From the NCBI GenBank assembly GCA_036771375.1, contig DAIPHL010000001.1, positions 1 to 44,471 of the forward strand: DNA of 44,471 nucleotides, in the 5' to 3' direction. Positions within the stretch are counted from its first letter, which is position 1. Every line of letters starts with the position of its first letter. Shown piece after piece: positions 1 through 8,826 of the stretch. Below the pieces are notes generated by a model. It did no database searches and was not told the DNA's origin. It was given only the letters and a program-made list of their open reading frames with translations. Source of the DNA: Synergistaceae bacterium. Lineage in GTDB: Bacteria > Synergistota > Synergistia > Synergistales > Synergistaceae. Both the position numbers and the translations under genes were made by a program.

Positions 1-132
1 GGCAGGAGGGGGCACCGACCAGATCGGAAGAGCGTCGACGAACACCGTTATGATCAGCAATCCCGCGAGGGACCCGTTGAAACCGAAAAAAGACGACGCC
101 GAAACGGAAGGGCGATTCATCGGCCACCGCAT
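1..132 (-). CDS. partial CDS running off the left edge; hydrophobic N-terminus (membrane or secreted protein?)
   Basis: Minus-strand frame is open from ATG at 132 (or in-frame ATG at 120) to position 1. AAAGGAGG lies at 140-133. Translation is MRWPMNRPSVSASSFFGFNGSLAGLLIITVFVDALPIWSVPPPA. 31 of 43 codons end in G/C, like the other genes here. It lies 42 nt downstream of the 582-aa gene. Confidence 0.3.
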   Translation of the reverse strand, partial: MRWPMNRPSVSASSFFGFNGSLAGLLIITVFVDALPIWSVPPPA

Positions 133-174
133 CCTCCTTTTCTTCGAACAGAGGAGCTCTTCCCAAAGCGCTCC

Positions 175-1923
175 TCACTTCTTGCCGTCGAGAAAACCGC
201 CCACCTTTTGTTTGAAGAACGCCTTGAACCACTTGGCTGTCTCCTTGGGAAGGACCCTGTACCCTCTGCGCTCTTTGGATACCCAAAGGAAGTAGTCGTT
301 GCAGAAAGCCTCCTGCAAGGCCCTGATTCCCTTTCCCTTGTTGGCTTTGAGCAGCGCGTAGGTATCCTTCAACGTCCTGTCCTCGTCGTTGTCCCAGCGA
401 AACGACGCGAGCGCGAAACCAAAGGACTTCTCGTCGGAGGCGACGGGGAAAATGGGAATCACGATGCTGTTGTCCTCCCAGTCGTACACCCCCAACCCCT
501 GCCCGGGAACCAATATCACCCTCGGAATCCCGTACATTCTTATGCGGGAGGCTCGCAACATCTCCGGATCCGTCGGGGTGAGGTCCATCATGATCTCCCC
601 CGCACGCCGGGCGGAAAGAGGAAGATTCTTGCTCTGGCAGAGAGGAGAGGCGTCGACCCTCGCACTGCGCGCCGCGAGCAGCATGAACTCCTTCTTGTGG
701 TTCAAGTTTTCTCTCATCTCCAGCTTGAGTGCGGGGATTCCCTGTCCCTTGAACTTGGCCTTCGCGTTCTCGCAACGCGTCTTCCAACGCTCCGCCTCGT
801 TCCTTATATGTACGATCAGGCTCTCCAGGAACTTGCTTTTGTCGTGAAGACCGATCACGTTCTGGACGATCTTCAACGACTGGTCCAGCTGCTCCGTTTT
901 ATCCGGTCTCGCGGAGGAAGTCTTTTCCTTCCCGTCCTCGCCGGAATCATCCCGATGATCCGGCAAAGCGGCGGACTCTTCCGCAAAACCCGCACTGACA
1001 TGGCCGGAGAGATCCTCGTTCGCTCCGGCTTCCCGACCGATCTCGACGAAGGGATCGAAATCGCCCTCCTCATCCTGGGCCGCTTCCTCCGACGCCAAGA
1101 CCTCAGGTTCGGGAAATTCTTCCTCCGGCTCCTCGTCGGCCGCAGCGATCCTGTGCTCCAATTCGTCCATGAGACTCCAGAACTGCCGCTCCGAAGCGAC
1201 GTAATCCTTGTAGTTCTTTTGAATGGCCCTCTTTTCCGAGCCCTCGGCCTCGCGAACACGCCTTGTCCGCATGTCGCTTTCGACCGCGTCCCGGATGCCG
1301 TTCTCCAGGTTTTGCAGCATCGCGTCGAGCTCGTCCCGTTTTATGAGCGCCCCATCCGAAAAGAGCGTGTGCATCGCCATACGCCTTCGCGTCTCCGTCA
1401 CCTTCAGCTCCTTCTCGAAACGGGCCAGTTTTTCCTCGAGGGTGACCCCTCCGGTCGGCCCTTTGAAGGGCTTGCCGAAGATCAGCGCATAGTTCTCCTT
1501 GAGATAGTCGGTCAGCCGGTTATACTGGTACATGTCGAGCGCGGAGGGTTCAAAGAACTGTTTTGCAAACGCGGGGTTCTGTGTCGTGTATCTCGAATAC
1601 AAATGCCCGAAGTCGATGAAAAGACGTTCTTCGGGGCCGAACTCGAGCTCTTCCGGCGGACCGGCGTCGATCTTCGCCTCCACGATCGCCCAGACAAGCT
1701 CCCAGTACTGCTGGGCCGCTTTTTGCCACACGATGCGGGCCTTTTTCCGGTTTTCGGCGTCTTGCGACCCACGAAGGCTCGCCATATTTCTGCCCAGTAT
1801 CTCCATCTGTCTGGCAAGCGAGGCGACGCTTTCCCTGTCCTTCCACTTTTCGGCGATCAAACCGATCGCATTGTCATATTTTTCAAAATCGGCGCAGGGT
1901 AGATCGGTTTTATTTTTCGACAT
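175..1923 (-). CDS. hypothetical protein, 582 aa; charged helical N-terminal half, acidic low-complexity linker, globular C-terminal domain
   Basis: Long ORF with protein-like composition. The antisense ORF 208-1902 is R/L/P/G-rich shadow. GAAGGAGA sits 7 nt upstream of the ATG at 1923. No family recognised. Confidence 0.8.
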   Translation of the reverse strand: MSKNKTDLPCADFEKYDNAIGLIAEKWKDRESVASLARQMEILGRNMASLRGSQDAENRKKARIVWQKAAQQYWELVWAIVEAKIDAGPPEELEFGPEERLFIDFGHLYSRYTTQNPAFAKQFFEPSALDMYQYNRLTDYLKENYALIFGKPFKGPTGGVTLEEKLARFEKELKVTETRRRMAMHTLFSDGALIKRDELDAMLQNLENGIRDAVESDMRTRRVREAEGSEKRAIQKNYKDYVASERQFWSLMDELEHRIAAADEEPEEEFPEPEVLASEEAAQDEEGDFDPFVEIGREAGANEDLSGHVSAGFAEESAALPDHRDDSGEDGKEKTSSARPDKTEQLDQSLKIVQNVIGLHDKSKFLESLIVHIRNEAERWKTRCENAKAKFKGQGIPALKLEMRENLNHKKEFMLLAARSARVDASPLCQSKNLPLSARRAGEIMMDLTPTDPEMLRASRIRMYGIPRVILVPGQGLGVYDWEDNSIVIPIFPVASDEKSFGFALASFRWDNDEDRTLKDTYALLKANKGKGIRALQEAFCNDYFLWVSKERRGYRVLPKETAKWFKAFFKQKVGGFLDGKK

Positions 1924-1947
1924 GCGACATCTCCTTCGAAAGAGCGG

Positions 1948-3096
1948 CTATCCGAGGACGCAGTGACGGAGATCCTCGTACCACGCCTTCGTTTCGAATC
2001 CCCAGATCACGGAAGTGCACGTATACTGGGGGTCTTTCTCTCCCCCCAGGGCACAGGCCTCCATACACGCCTCCCAGTCGGCCATGTCCAGAGTGATGAA
2101 TCGATCCATCTCTCCCGGAAGACGGGTCTCCGGAACAATCCCGAACGCCGTCCGGGACTCTTCATCCACGAAGCGGGTCACCTTGAACCGTTTGTCGTTC
2201 AAACGAGGCGAGACCATCTCGAAACGTTCCCTCTTCTTGAAATTCCGTTCCTCCGAGACCTTCGTCGAATCGACGACCCACTCCAGCCGCGCCCTCTCAA
2301 ACACGGGCCAAAGCCTCATGTATGCGGTGAGCCTGGATATGAAAAGACGACCGGACGCGGCGAGGCCCACAAGCGACTCCTCGGAGCGGAAATCGGGGGT
2401 CGGAAGACGGCTCCACAGGGCGTCTCCGAACGTATGCTCGCCATTCATGGACCAGTCGCTGAAACCGAGGAGCAAACCCTTGGAGATCGGAAGCAACGGT
2501 TCGGTCCATCGTCTGGAGTTGGCGTTGAAGAGCTCCTTGGCGATCCCCTCGTTTCGCATGGAAAAGGGGAGCTCTCCCGGCTGCACCGGAAACCCTCTCC
2601 ACGGCGGACCGTCCACCAGATGAGAATCGAGGATGGGAAGCTCCTCCTCGGTCGGCAGAAAGCAGGGCAGCACCTTCCATGCCTCGTCCCGCGGGGTATA
2701 GGCGAACCAGAGCGCGTCGCGCTTTTTCTCCGGGATCAACTTCGTGTCCGTTTCGTTCCGGACCCCCTTCGGAACATGCATGAGGTCGCCGAGAAGCTGG
2801 ACGCCACGCCAGACCAGGGAATTCAGGGAAAGGGGCTTTTCCGCCTTCCCGAAGAGGCGGAGGATGCTTTCGCGAATGTTCTCCATCGGATATTCCTTTG
2901 TGCCCACCTTGCCCGCTTTGATCTTCAGACTTCGCCCGGCGCATTCGACCCATGAAAGATGGACGAATTTCTTCTTGTTCGCGCGCGTGTTGAAGATTCC
3001 CAGTCTCGGAACTCCGTTCCCTTTGACGAGCAACAGAGAAAGATCTTCGTCGACGACATCCTCCGCGATATCCTGCAGCTCCCCTGTCATAGCCAT
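1948..3096 (-). CDS. hypothetical protein, about 382 aa
   Basis: ORF 1948-3138 trimmed to the ATG at 3096, which is preceded by GAGGTGA with 5-nt spacing. It ends 24 nt upstream of the next gene start (operon). No family recognised. Confidence 0.75.
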   Translation of the reverse strand: MAMTGELQDIAEDVVDEDLSLLLVKGNGVPRLGIFNTRANKKKFVHLSWVECAGRSLKIKAGKVGTKEYPMENIRESILRLFGKAEKPLSLNSLVWRGVQLLGDLMHVPKGVRNETDTKLIPEKKRDALWFAYTPRDEAWKVLPCFLPTEEELPILDSHLVDGPPWRGFPVQPGELPFSMRNEGIAKELFNANSRRWTEPLLPISKGLLLGFSDWSMNGEHTFGDALWSRLPTPDFRSEESLVGLAASGRLFISRLTAYMRLWPVFERARLEWVVDSTKVSEERNFKKRERFEMVSPRLNDKRFKVTRFVDEESRTAFGIVPETRLPGEMDRFITLDMADWEACMEACALGGEKDPQYTCTSVIWGFETKAWYEDLRHCVLG

Positions 3097-3146
3097 CAAG
3101 GTCACCTCACACCGGCCTGTCCTCCACACGAAAGACAAACGATCCG

Positions 3147-3181
3147 TAAAAAAACCCGCCCTCTTGCATATCCCGGACGGG
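3147..3181 (-). terminator. rho-independent terminator after yqeY
   Basis: Minus strand reads CCCGUCC-13 nt loop-GGGCGGG (7 bp with one G-U) followed by a U7 run (plus-strand A-run 3148-3154). Confidence 0.55.
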
Positions 3182-3267
3182 CAATCCCAAAAACGAACAT
3201 CTCTCCCTCGAAGAACCGGGCCGGTAGTAAAGACCGTCGCCCGATTCTTCGATATACGTCACGCGCT

Positions 3268-3738
3268 TTATTCCTTCCGCGACGCCTCAAGACGCCGGAT
3301 CACGAAGGCTTTGACCCGATTCCCGTCCGCGGCCCCCGATGCTTTTTTCATCACGAGACCGACGACGCGCCCGGCCTGCTTCGGATCCGTGGCTCCGACC
3401 TCCCGAACAACGTCTTCGACCAGCCGGTCGAGATCGGCGTCGCTCATCTGTGCCGGAAGATAGGAGAGCAAAATCTCCGCCTCGGCCAGCTCCCGCTCCG
3501 CGCGTTCCTCCGCACCGCCCTTACGATAGAGCTCCGCGGCCTCCTCGCGCTGTTTCACGGCACGGCGAACCAGAGCCTGGACGTCCTGGTCCGTGAGCTC
3601 CGACTCCCTTCCCTTTTCGGTCATGGCGAGCTGTATCGAAGCCTTCAACATTCGCAGGACGGACAGCCTGATTTCGTCCTTTTCCTTCATGGCTGCAACC
3701 ATATCGCCCTGCACCGCGGCGATCAGACGGGAGGACAT
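3268..3738 (-). CDS. yqeY: GatB/YqeY domain-containing protein
   Basis: 156 aa. N-terminus (LIAAVQGDMVAAMKEKDEIRLSVLRMLKASI) and C-terminus (GLVMKKASGAADGNRVKAFV) are typical of the YqeY family. It follows rpsU as in Bacillus. Its ATG shares one base with the rpsU TGA. Confidence 0.9.
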   Translation of the reverse strand: MSSRLIAAVQGDMVAAMKEKDEIRLSVLRMLKASIQLAMTEKGRESELTDQDVQALVRRAVKQREEAAELYRKGGAEERAERELAEAEILLSYLPAQMSDADLDRLVEDVVREVGATDPKQAGRVVGLVMKKASGAADGNRVKAFVIRRLEASRKE

Positions 3739-3923
3739 CAGTCCGCTCTCCGATGCCTGTTGCGCGCCGAAGCCGCTTTCTTACGCTTTTTTATCTCGCT
3801 CGGCTTTTCATAGTGCTCGTGCTTTCGAGCCTCTCTCAAAACTCCGACCTTGCGAAGCTCGCGCTTGAAACGCTTCAGCGCATCCTCGATTGACTCATTG
3901 TCACGTCGAACAACGCTGGTCAT
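3738..3923 (-). CDS. rpsU: 30S ribosomal protein S21
   Basis: Internal ATG of ORF 3738-4031 preceded by GGGAGGGGGG. The 61-aa product [49 protein letters not shown] is typical S21. Confidence 0.95.
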   Translation of the reverse strand: MTSVVRRDNESIEDALKRFKRELRKVGVLREARKHEHYEKPSEIKKRKKAASARNRHRRAD

Positions 3924-4067
3924 CTCTTGTCCCCCCTCCCTTTGTGGCGACCGGGCGCTATATCTCTTCTGCGGGAAGCATGAGGGGAACAAAACCGTCA
4001 TACGCTTCCACCGCACCCTATCGTTCGCCATCGTAGCAATCGCCCCCCATTTTCGGAGGCACGTCCT

Positions 4068-4097
4068 ATTCTACCATTTTAACCCAGGTTTTGTTCA
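4068..4097 (-). promoter_or_regulatory. candidate sigma-70 promoter for rpsU-yqeY
   Basis: Minus strand reads TGAACA (4097-4092), 18 nt, TAGAAT (4073-4068), with TG one base upstream of the -10 (extended -10 TGgTAGAAT). It overlaps the stop of the J-domain gene. Confidence 0.35.
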
Positions 4098-5080
4098 CGC
4101 ACAATAGAGGAAGCCCACACTCTGACGGAAGGGGACGGATGGGTCCTGGAGAGCCTGACGATATGAGGTATGGCCCCGACGGGAACCCTCTTTCTTTTCA
4201 ACAGACGCAGAAGAGGAACCAAAATCGTCTCGTCGTTTTTCCTCAAAAGATCGCTCACCCGCAGGACGTCCGGGATGTCGCAGGAGGGGGGCCAGGCGGA
4301 GAGCACGCTCGCCACGACGGAGTCGGACGGATGGGAGAGAAAGGCCGAATAACAGTCCCGCGTAGCTTTGTTCCGTTTGAACCACCTCAGGGCGATGTGT
4401 GCGTCCTCCCGGGAAAAATCGGCGGCGTGCAGAATCACCGCCCTCGCGAAGTCAATCGAAAGGCTCGACGACTGAAAGAGAGAGAAAAGCCTCTCCAGGA
4501 CCTCCGACGTCGGGACGTTGGTTTTAACGTGCTCGACGAGCGCACGACGAATCTCGTCGGTCACATCCTTCGGGGACATCCGACGAAGCGCGAGCAGGAC
4601 GACACTCGGATGCCGGCTCTTCAGACGTTTTAGAATCGCGTCCGTGCGGTTGCGCATACGAAGTTCGCTGCGTTGTGAGAGCAGCGAGCTCAACTGAGAC
4701 TCGGCCTGCGAGATGACGCTCCCGATGAAACGAATCCGCACCGGCGGAATCTCCTCCTCGCGGACATCGTCCACGCGCCCGACCTCGCTCCCAAAGAGTC
4801 TTCTCCAAACGGATTTCATAAAAAATCCGCAGCGAACGGCCAGCGACGACCTCTCCCGCCTTTTCTCCACGCGCCTGCGCACGCCGCAGGACGCACCCGG
4901 CGAGATGCTCGCCTTCAGCGTCATGTAAGCCGACGTGATCTCGACGAACTTCCCCGCCGCCTCCGGCCCCGCCACATCCGGGTGATACACCCTGGCCAGC
5001 CTCCGGAAGGCCGTTTTCACCTCGTCCCAACTCGCCTCCGGCGAAAGGCCCAACGTCTTGAAGTCGCTGTTGTAGCTCAA
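4079..5080 (-). CDS. J-domain protein with C-terminal HEAT/ARM-like repeats
   Basis: J domain DFKTLGLSPEASWDEVKTAFRRLARVYHPDVAG with an HPD motif. The C-terminal half has repeated helical units (e.g. SPSVRVWASSIV). ORF track starts at GTG 5140. I prefer TTG 5080, which overlaps the upstream TGA (TTGA) and follows GGAGCGGGTGA. Confidence 0.8.
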   Translation of the reverse strand: MSYNSDFKTLGLSPEASWDEVKTAFRRLARVYHPDVAGPEAAGKFVEITSAYMTLKASISPGASCGVRRRVEKRRERSSLAVRCGFFMKSVWRRLFGSEVGRVDDVREEEIPPVRIRFIGSVISQAESQLSSLLSQRSELRMRNRTDAILKRLKSRHPSVVLLALRRMSPKDVTDEIRRALVEHVKTNVPTSEVLERLFSLFQSSSLSIDFARAVILHAADFSREDAHIALRWFKRNKATRDCYSAFLSHPSDSVVASVLSAWPPSCDIPDVLRVSDLLRKNDETILVPLLRLLKRKRVPVGAIPHIVRLSRTHPSPSVRVWASSIVREQNLG

Positions 5081-6648
5081 ACGGACATCACCCGCTCCAT
5101 CTCGACGATCATGCGGTCGATGATCTCCAGCGCCTGCCACTGCAGGGCGGGATCCTCGTTCGAGAACGTCCTTGCCTCGCTGATCAGAAAGCGCAGGCGC
5201 GATTGAAAGTTATCCGGGAAAGAGATCGACAGACGGGCGAGCCTCTCCTCGCGCAGGCGGATCTCCGCTGAAAGATCACAGGGAATCGCCCCGGATTCGT
5301 CCGATTCGAGTGCGATCGTCCGGCGACTCGTGTTCCTGTCACGACGAACCTCCACATGCAACAATCCGCCACCGTCGACCCGGAAGAAAACCTCCACCGT
5401 CTCCCCGTTCGATACCCTGTCGACCCGTATCGTCTGCAACACCCTGTTCAGACTCTTTACACGTCCCTCGCCCTGGACGACCGTCACCTCCAGATTGCCG
5501 TTCCCATAAGCGGTGAAGACCTTCCTCGCCTCCGCCGGGAGAGGAATCCCCCGTTCCAGGAGCGAGACCACACCGCCTTCGGCGTTCATCACACCGAGGC
5601 TTCTGCTCAGGACATCGATCAGAAGACGTTCCTTTCCCTGGCGGGCGTATAAAGCGCTCCCCACGACAACCGCATCCTCGGGACAGGAGCGCAGCCTCTC
5701 GGGCTCACGAACCTTTCGGCTGAGCAGAGCGCGCAGCAGCGGAATCCTGCTGCTGCCTCCGACCGTCAGCAATTTATGCGGTCCGTGTTTTCTCCACATA
5801 TCCTCCACCATGGAGACCACTTTCTCGACGAGCGGACGGATCAACGCCTCCAGATCGGCCCGCGAGAGATCCACCACCCGCTGCGAATCCCCGAGACCGG
5901 GCGGGACACGCCAGCTCGTCAGATTCGCTTCGCTCAAAGCGATCTTGAGTGCCTCGGCCTCGCCCATCATCAGAGAGCCTCTCGGATCGTCGCCTCTTGC
6001 GAAGGCGAGCCCCGCCCGGCGGCAGAGCCATTCGGCGAGCAGCTTGTCTATGTCGACCCCGCCGATGTCCTTGCGTCCCCGGCTCTCTATGACCTGAAAA
6101 ACCCCTCTGTCCCCCTCCATCATCGAAAGGTCGAGGGTGCCGGCACCGAAATCCATGATCAGGAACTTCCCATCGACGCCGATCGAAAGGGCGGCGGCGG
6201 TCGGTTCGTTCACGATACGGATCTTCTCGAAACCGGCCTGCTGCGCGGCGCGCGCAAGCGCTCCTCTCTCCGGGAAGCTGAAGTGTGCCGGCACCGCAAG
6301 CACGCAGGAATCGACGAAGCGGCCGAGATACGCTTCGGCGTCCTCTCGCAAAAGAACCAAAAGCGGCAGGAGCAGCTCCTCGGGAGTGTAGGTCCGGCCC
6401 CCGGTGCGCGCCACCCAATCGGTGCCCAGGTGACGCTTCATGTCCCACCAGAGGGATCGCGGCTGCACCAGGCCGATCTTCGCCGCCTCCTCGCCCGCGA
6501 TCAGACCATCCTTCGTACAGGCGACCACCGACGGCGTCCTCTTCTGACCCCATCTGTTCGGAATGAGCTGTACGCCCCTGCCGGGAAGATCCACGGCAAG
6601 CTGCGCGTACCTCGTGCCCAGATCGATGCCGATCACCGCGTCAGCCAA
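5077..6648 (-). CDS. atypical short Hsp70-family ATPase (DnaK paralogue, HscC-like architecture)
   Basis: 523 aa. Hsp70 signatures are present: IGIDLGTRYAQ (phosphate-1, degenerate), DFGAGTLDLSM (phosphate-2), LTVGGSSRIPLL (adenosine). There is an SBD-beta-like segment (LIDVLSRSLGVMNAEGGVVSLLERGIPLP) and a short helical lid. TTG start with GGAGG 10 nt upstream. Confidence 0.85.
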   Translation of the reverse strand: MADAVIGIDLGTRYAQLAVDLPGRGVQLIPNRWGQKRTPSVVACTKDGLIAGEEAAKIGLVQPRSLWWDMKRHLGTDWVARTGGRTYTPEELLLPLLVLLREDAEAYLGRFVDSCVLAVPAHFSFPERGALARAAQQAGFEKIRIVNEPTAAALSIGVDGKFLIMDFGAGTLDLSMMEGDRGVFQVIESRGRKDIGGVDIDKLLAEWLCRRAGLAFARGDDPRGSLMMGEAEALKIALSEANLTSWRVPPGLGDSQRVVDLSRADLEALIRPLVEKVVSMVEDMWRKHGPHKLLTVGGSSRIPLLRALLSRKVREPERLRSCPEDAVVVGSALYARQGKERLLIDVLSRSLGVMNAEGGVVSLLERGIPLPAEARKVFTAYGNGNLEVTVVQGEGRVKSLNRVLQTIRVDRVSNGETVEVFFRVDGGGLLHVEVRRDRNTSRRTIALESDESGAIPCDLSAEIRLREERLARLSISFPDNFQSRLRFLISEARTFSNEDPALQWQALEIIDRMIVEMERVMSV

Positions 6649-6694
6649 AACATAAAAACCTCCACATCGCCAAAATCACGAGTTTCGCAAAGCG

Positions 6695-8089
6695 CTACCG
6701 GTCCTTTTCGTCCGGCACGAAACGACCGTCGGGGATGTCTTCGCCGAAGAGCACGCCACCCCTCTGCCTCGCGACGTACGCGGTCGTCTCGTCGCCAACG
6801 GGACAGGCGTTCTCGGAGCCGTTTCGTGCGAAAACCTTCAGATAATGCCTGCTCCAGCCGGAGAAAACCCCCTCCTCCGAACGCTCCTCCGGCAATACCG
6901 ACACGCATTTGCCCACCCACTTCGCCGCGTACGAGGCAAGCAACGTCTCCGACAGCGCGATCGCGGCATTCACTCTTTCCTCGATCACACGGTCGGGGAT
7001 CCTGTCCGGCATGTCGTGCGCTTCCGTACCCCTACGCGGCGAAAACGGAAAGACATGAATCCGCCCAAAGGCGAGATCGCAGAGGAGCTTGAGGCTGTTT
7101 TCAAACGCCCTGTCGCTCTCCCCGGGAAAACCGACGATCAGGTCGGTCGACAGGTGTACGTCGTCGCCCAGAACACGCCGCACCCTCTCTATTGTACTCG
7201 AAAAAGACGAGGCGCTGTATCCTCTTCTCATTTTCTCCAGGATGAAATCGTCTCCGCTCTGGAGAGGGAGGTGGAGGTGCGGACAGAAAACGGGGGACGA
7301 TAGGAGGGATTCCAACAGTCCGGACGTCACGGCAAAGGGTTCGAGAGAACCGAGCCGCAGACGCTTCAGACCTCGGACCGAGGAGACCTTCGCGATCAGG
7401 CCGTCGAGCGAGGTCTCGCCCCAACGGTAGCTTCCAAGGTGAATACCGGTCAACACGATTTCACGGCAACCCGAGGAGACGATGTTCCCGATCTCCTCCA
7501 CGGTCTCCTGCGGATCCCGCGAGACGGGCACCCCGCGAACGGACGGAACGATACAGTAGCTGCACGAACGGCGGCAACCGTCCTGAACCTTCACGAAGGC
7601 CCTTGTGTGAATGCGGGGACGGTCGAGAGAAAGCGCATCCCACGACGCAACGCGAAGGGGGAGCGCCCGGACCTCGCGAAAGGAGGGACCATCGCGAAAC
7701 CATCTCTCCAGCAGGTCGGCTATCCTGAATTTGAAGCGGTTTCCCACCAAGATGTCGACACCCAGAGCGAGAGCCCTCTCTCGGGAGAGCCCCTGAGCGT
7801 AGCAACCGCACGCGACGATGACCGACGATTCGCTCCGTCGTCGAAGGCGCCGCAAGAGCTTTTCGGTCTTTTTATCCGCGACGGACGTGATGGAACAGGT
7901 GACCACCACGACGATATCCGGAACGACGGGCGATTTCACTCCGTGCTCGAGGTATATCGCCCCCCGGGATTCGAGCATCGAGGCGATCGCCTCCGATTCA
8001 TAGTGATTCGTGCGGCAGCCGAGGGTGATGACCGTAAAGCCCTTCCCGGCAAGAGGAGCGTCCATGAAGAAAACTCCCGAAGAGCTCAC
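6695..8089 (-). CDS. mtaB: radical-SAM tRNA methylthiotransferase, MtaB/YqeV-like
   Basis: N-terminal UPF0004 domain (TLGCRTNHYESE), radical SAM motif CSYCIVP, TRAM-like C-terminus. Position after rsmE matches Bacillus yqeV. GTG 8089 overlaps the rsmE TGA. Alternative ATG at 8065. Confidence 0.85.
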   Translation of the reverse strand: MSSSGVFFMDAPLAGKGFTVITLGCRTNHYESEAIASMLESRGAIYLEHGVKSPVVPDIVVVVTCSITSVADKKTEKLLRRLRRRSESSVIVACGCYAQGLSRERALALGVDILVGNRFKFRIADLLERWFRDGPSFREVRALPLRVASWDALSLDRPRIHTRAFVKVQDGCRRSCSYCIVPSVRGVPVSRDPQETVEEIGNIVSSGCREIVLTGIHLGSYRWGETSLDGLIAKVSSVRGLKRLRLGSLEPFAVTSGLLESLLSSPVFCPHLHLPLQSGDDFILEKMRRGYSASSFSSTIERVRRVLGDDVHLSTDLIVGFPGESDRAFENSLKLLCDLAFGRIHVFPFSPRRGTEAHDMPDRIPDRVIEERVNAAIALSETLLASYAAKWVGKCVSVLPEERSEEGVFSGWSRHYLKVFARNGSENACPVGDETTAYVARQRGGVLFGEDIPDGRFVPDEKDR

Positions 8090-8826
8090 GCCCGGACGAG
8101 GCGAAGGAAGCCGCAGCCGACGATCGCCGCAGTGGAGGCACGAAGCACCCTTTGTCCCAGACCGACCGGGACGAATCCAGCGGCGAGGAGCGCGTCTTTC
8201 TCTCCATCACACCAATCCCCCTCGGGACCCACGGCGAGGACGACCTCCCCGGACATCGCTTCGGTGCGCAGGACGTCCCCGATCGGACGAGCGTCGTCAC
8301 AGAGCAGCGCGGCATATCGCGGAGACGGCAAGCGGGTGAAATCGAATTCGTCGAAACGGGTCGGGGGCGAAATCTTTGGGGGAAAGACCGAACCGGAGAC
8401 CTTCGTGGCTTCGTCGAGAACCCTCTGCCAGCGCCGCACCTTCCGGATCGCCTGCTCCGCATCCGCCATCCGAGGGACGGACCTCTCGCAGATCAGCGGA
8501 TGCAAGACGCCGACACCCAGCTCGGCGGAAGCCTTTAAGACCGCATCGAACTGATCGGATTTGAGAAGGCCGATCAGAAGCACGATCACAGGCGACTCCC
8601 GCGCCTCGTCAAAGGCCTCGAGCGCGCGGAGGAAAAACCCCCTCACGTCCCGTTCGAGGCGCATCGATAGCTTCCTGCCTTCCGCCTCCGGGAGAAGGCC
8701 CTCCACCATGGCGCCTTCGTAACAACGAAGCGCCTTGATCAGATGGCGCTTTTCGCCTCCCTCCAGCCTCCAGACCGTTTCACTCTCGCGCTCACATCGT
8801 TCGAGGCGTACTTTGTGCAGCGACAC
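8086..8826 (-). CDS. rsmE: 16S rRNA (uracil1498-N3)-methyltransferase RsmE
   Basis: 246 aa. C-terminal LAVGPEGDW...LGQRVLRASTAAI matches the RsmE SPOUT signature. Position between prmA and mtaB is conserved. Confidence 0.8.
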   Translation of the reverse strand: MSLHKVRLERCERESETVWRLEGGEKRHLIKALRCYEGAMVEGLLPEAEGRKLSMRLERDVRGFFLRALEAFDEARESPVIVLLIGLLKSDQFDAVLKASAELGVGVLHPLICERSVPRMADAEQAIRKVRRWQRVLDEATKVSGSVFPPKISPPTRFDEFDFTRLPSPRYAALLCDDARPIGDVLRTEAMSGEVVLAVGPEGDWCDGEKDALLAAGFVPVGLGQRVLRASTAAIVGCGFLRLVRA

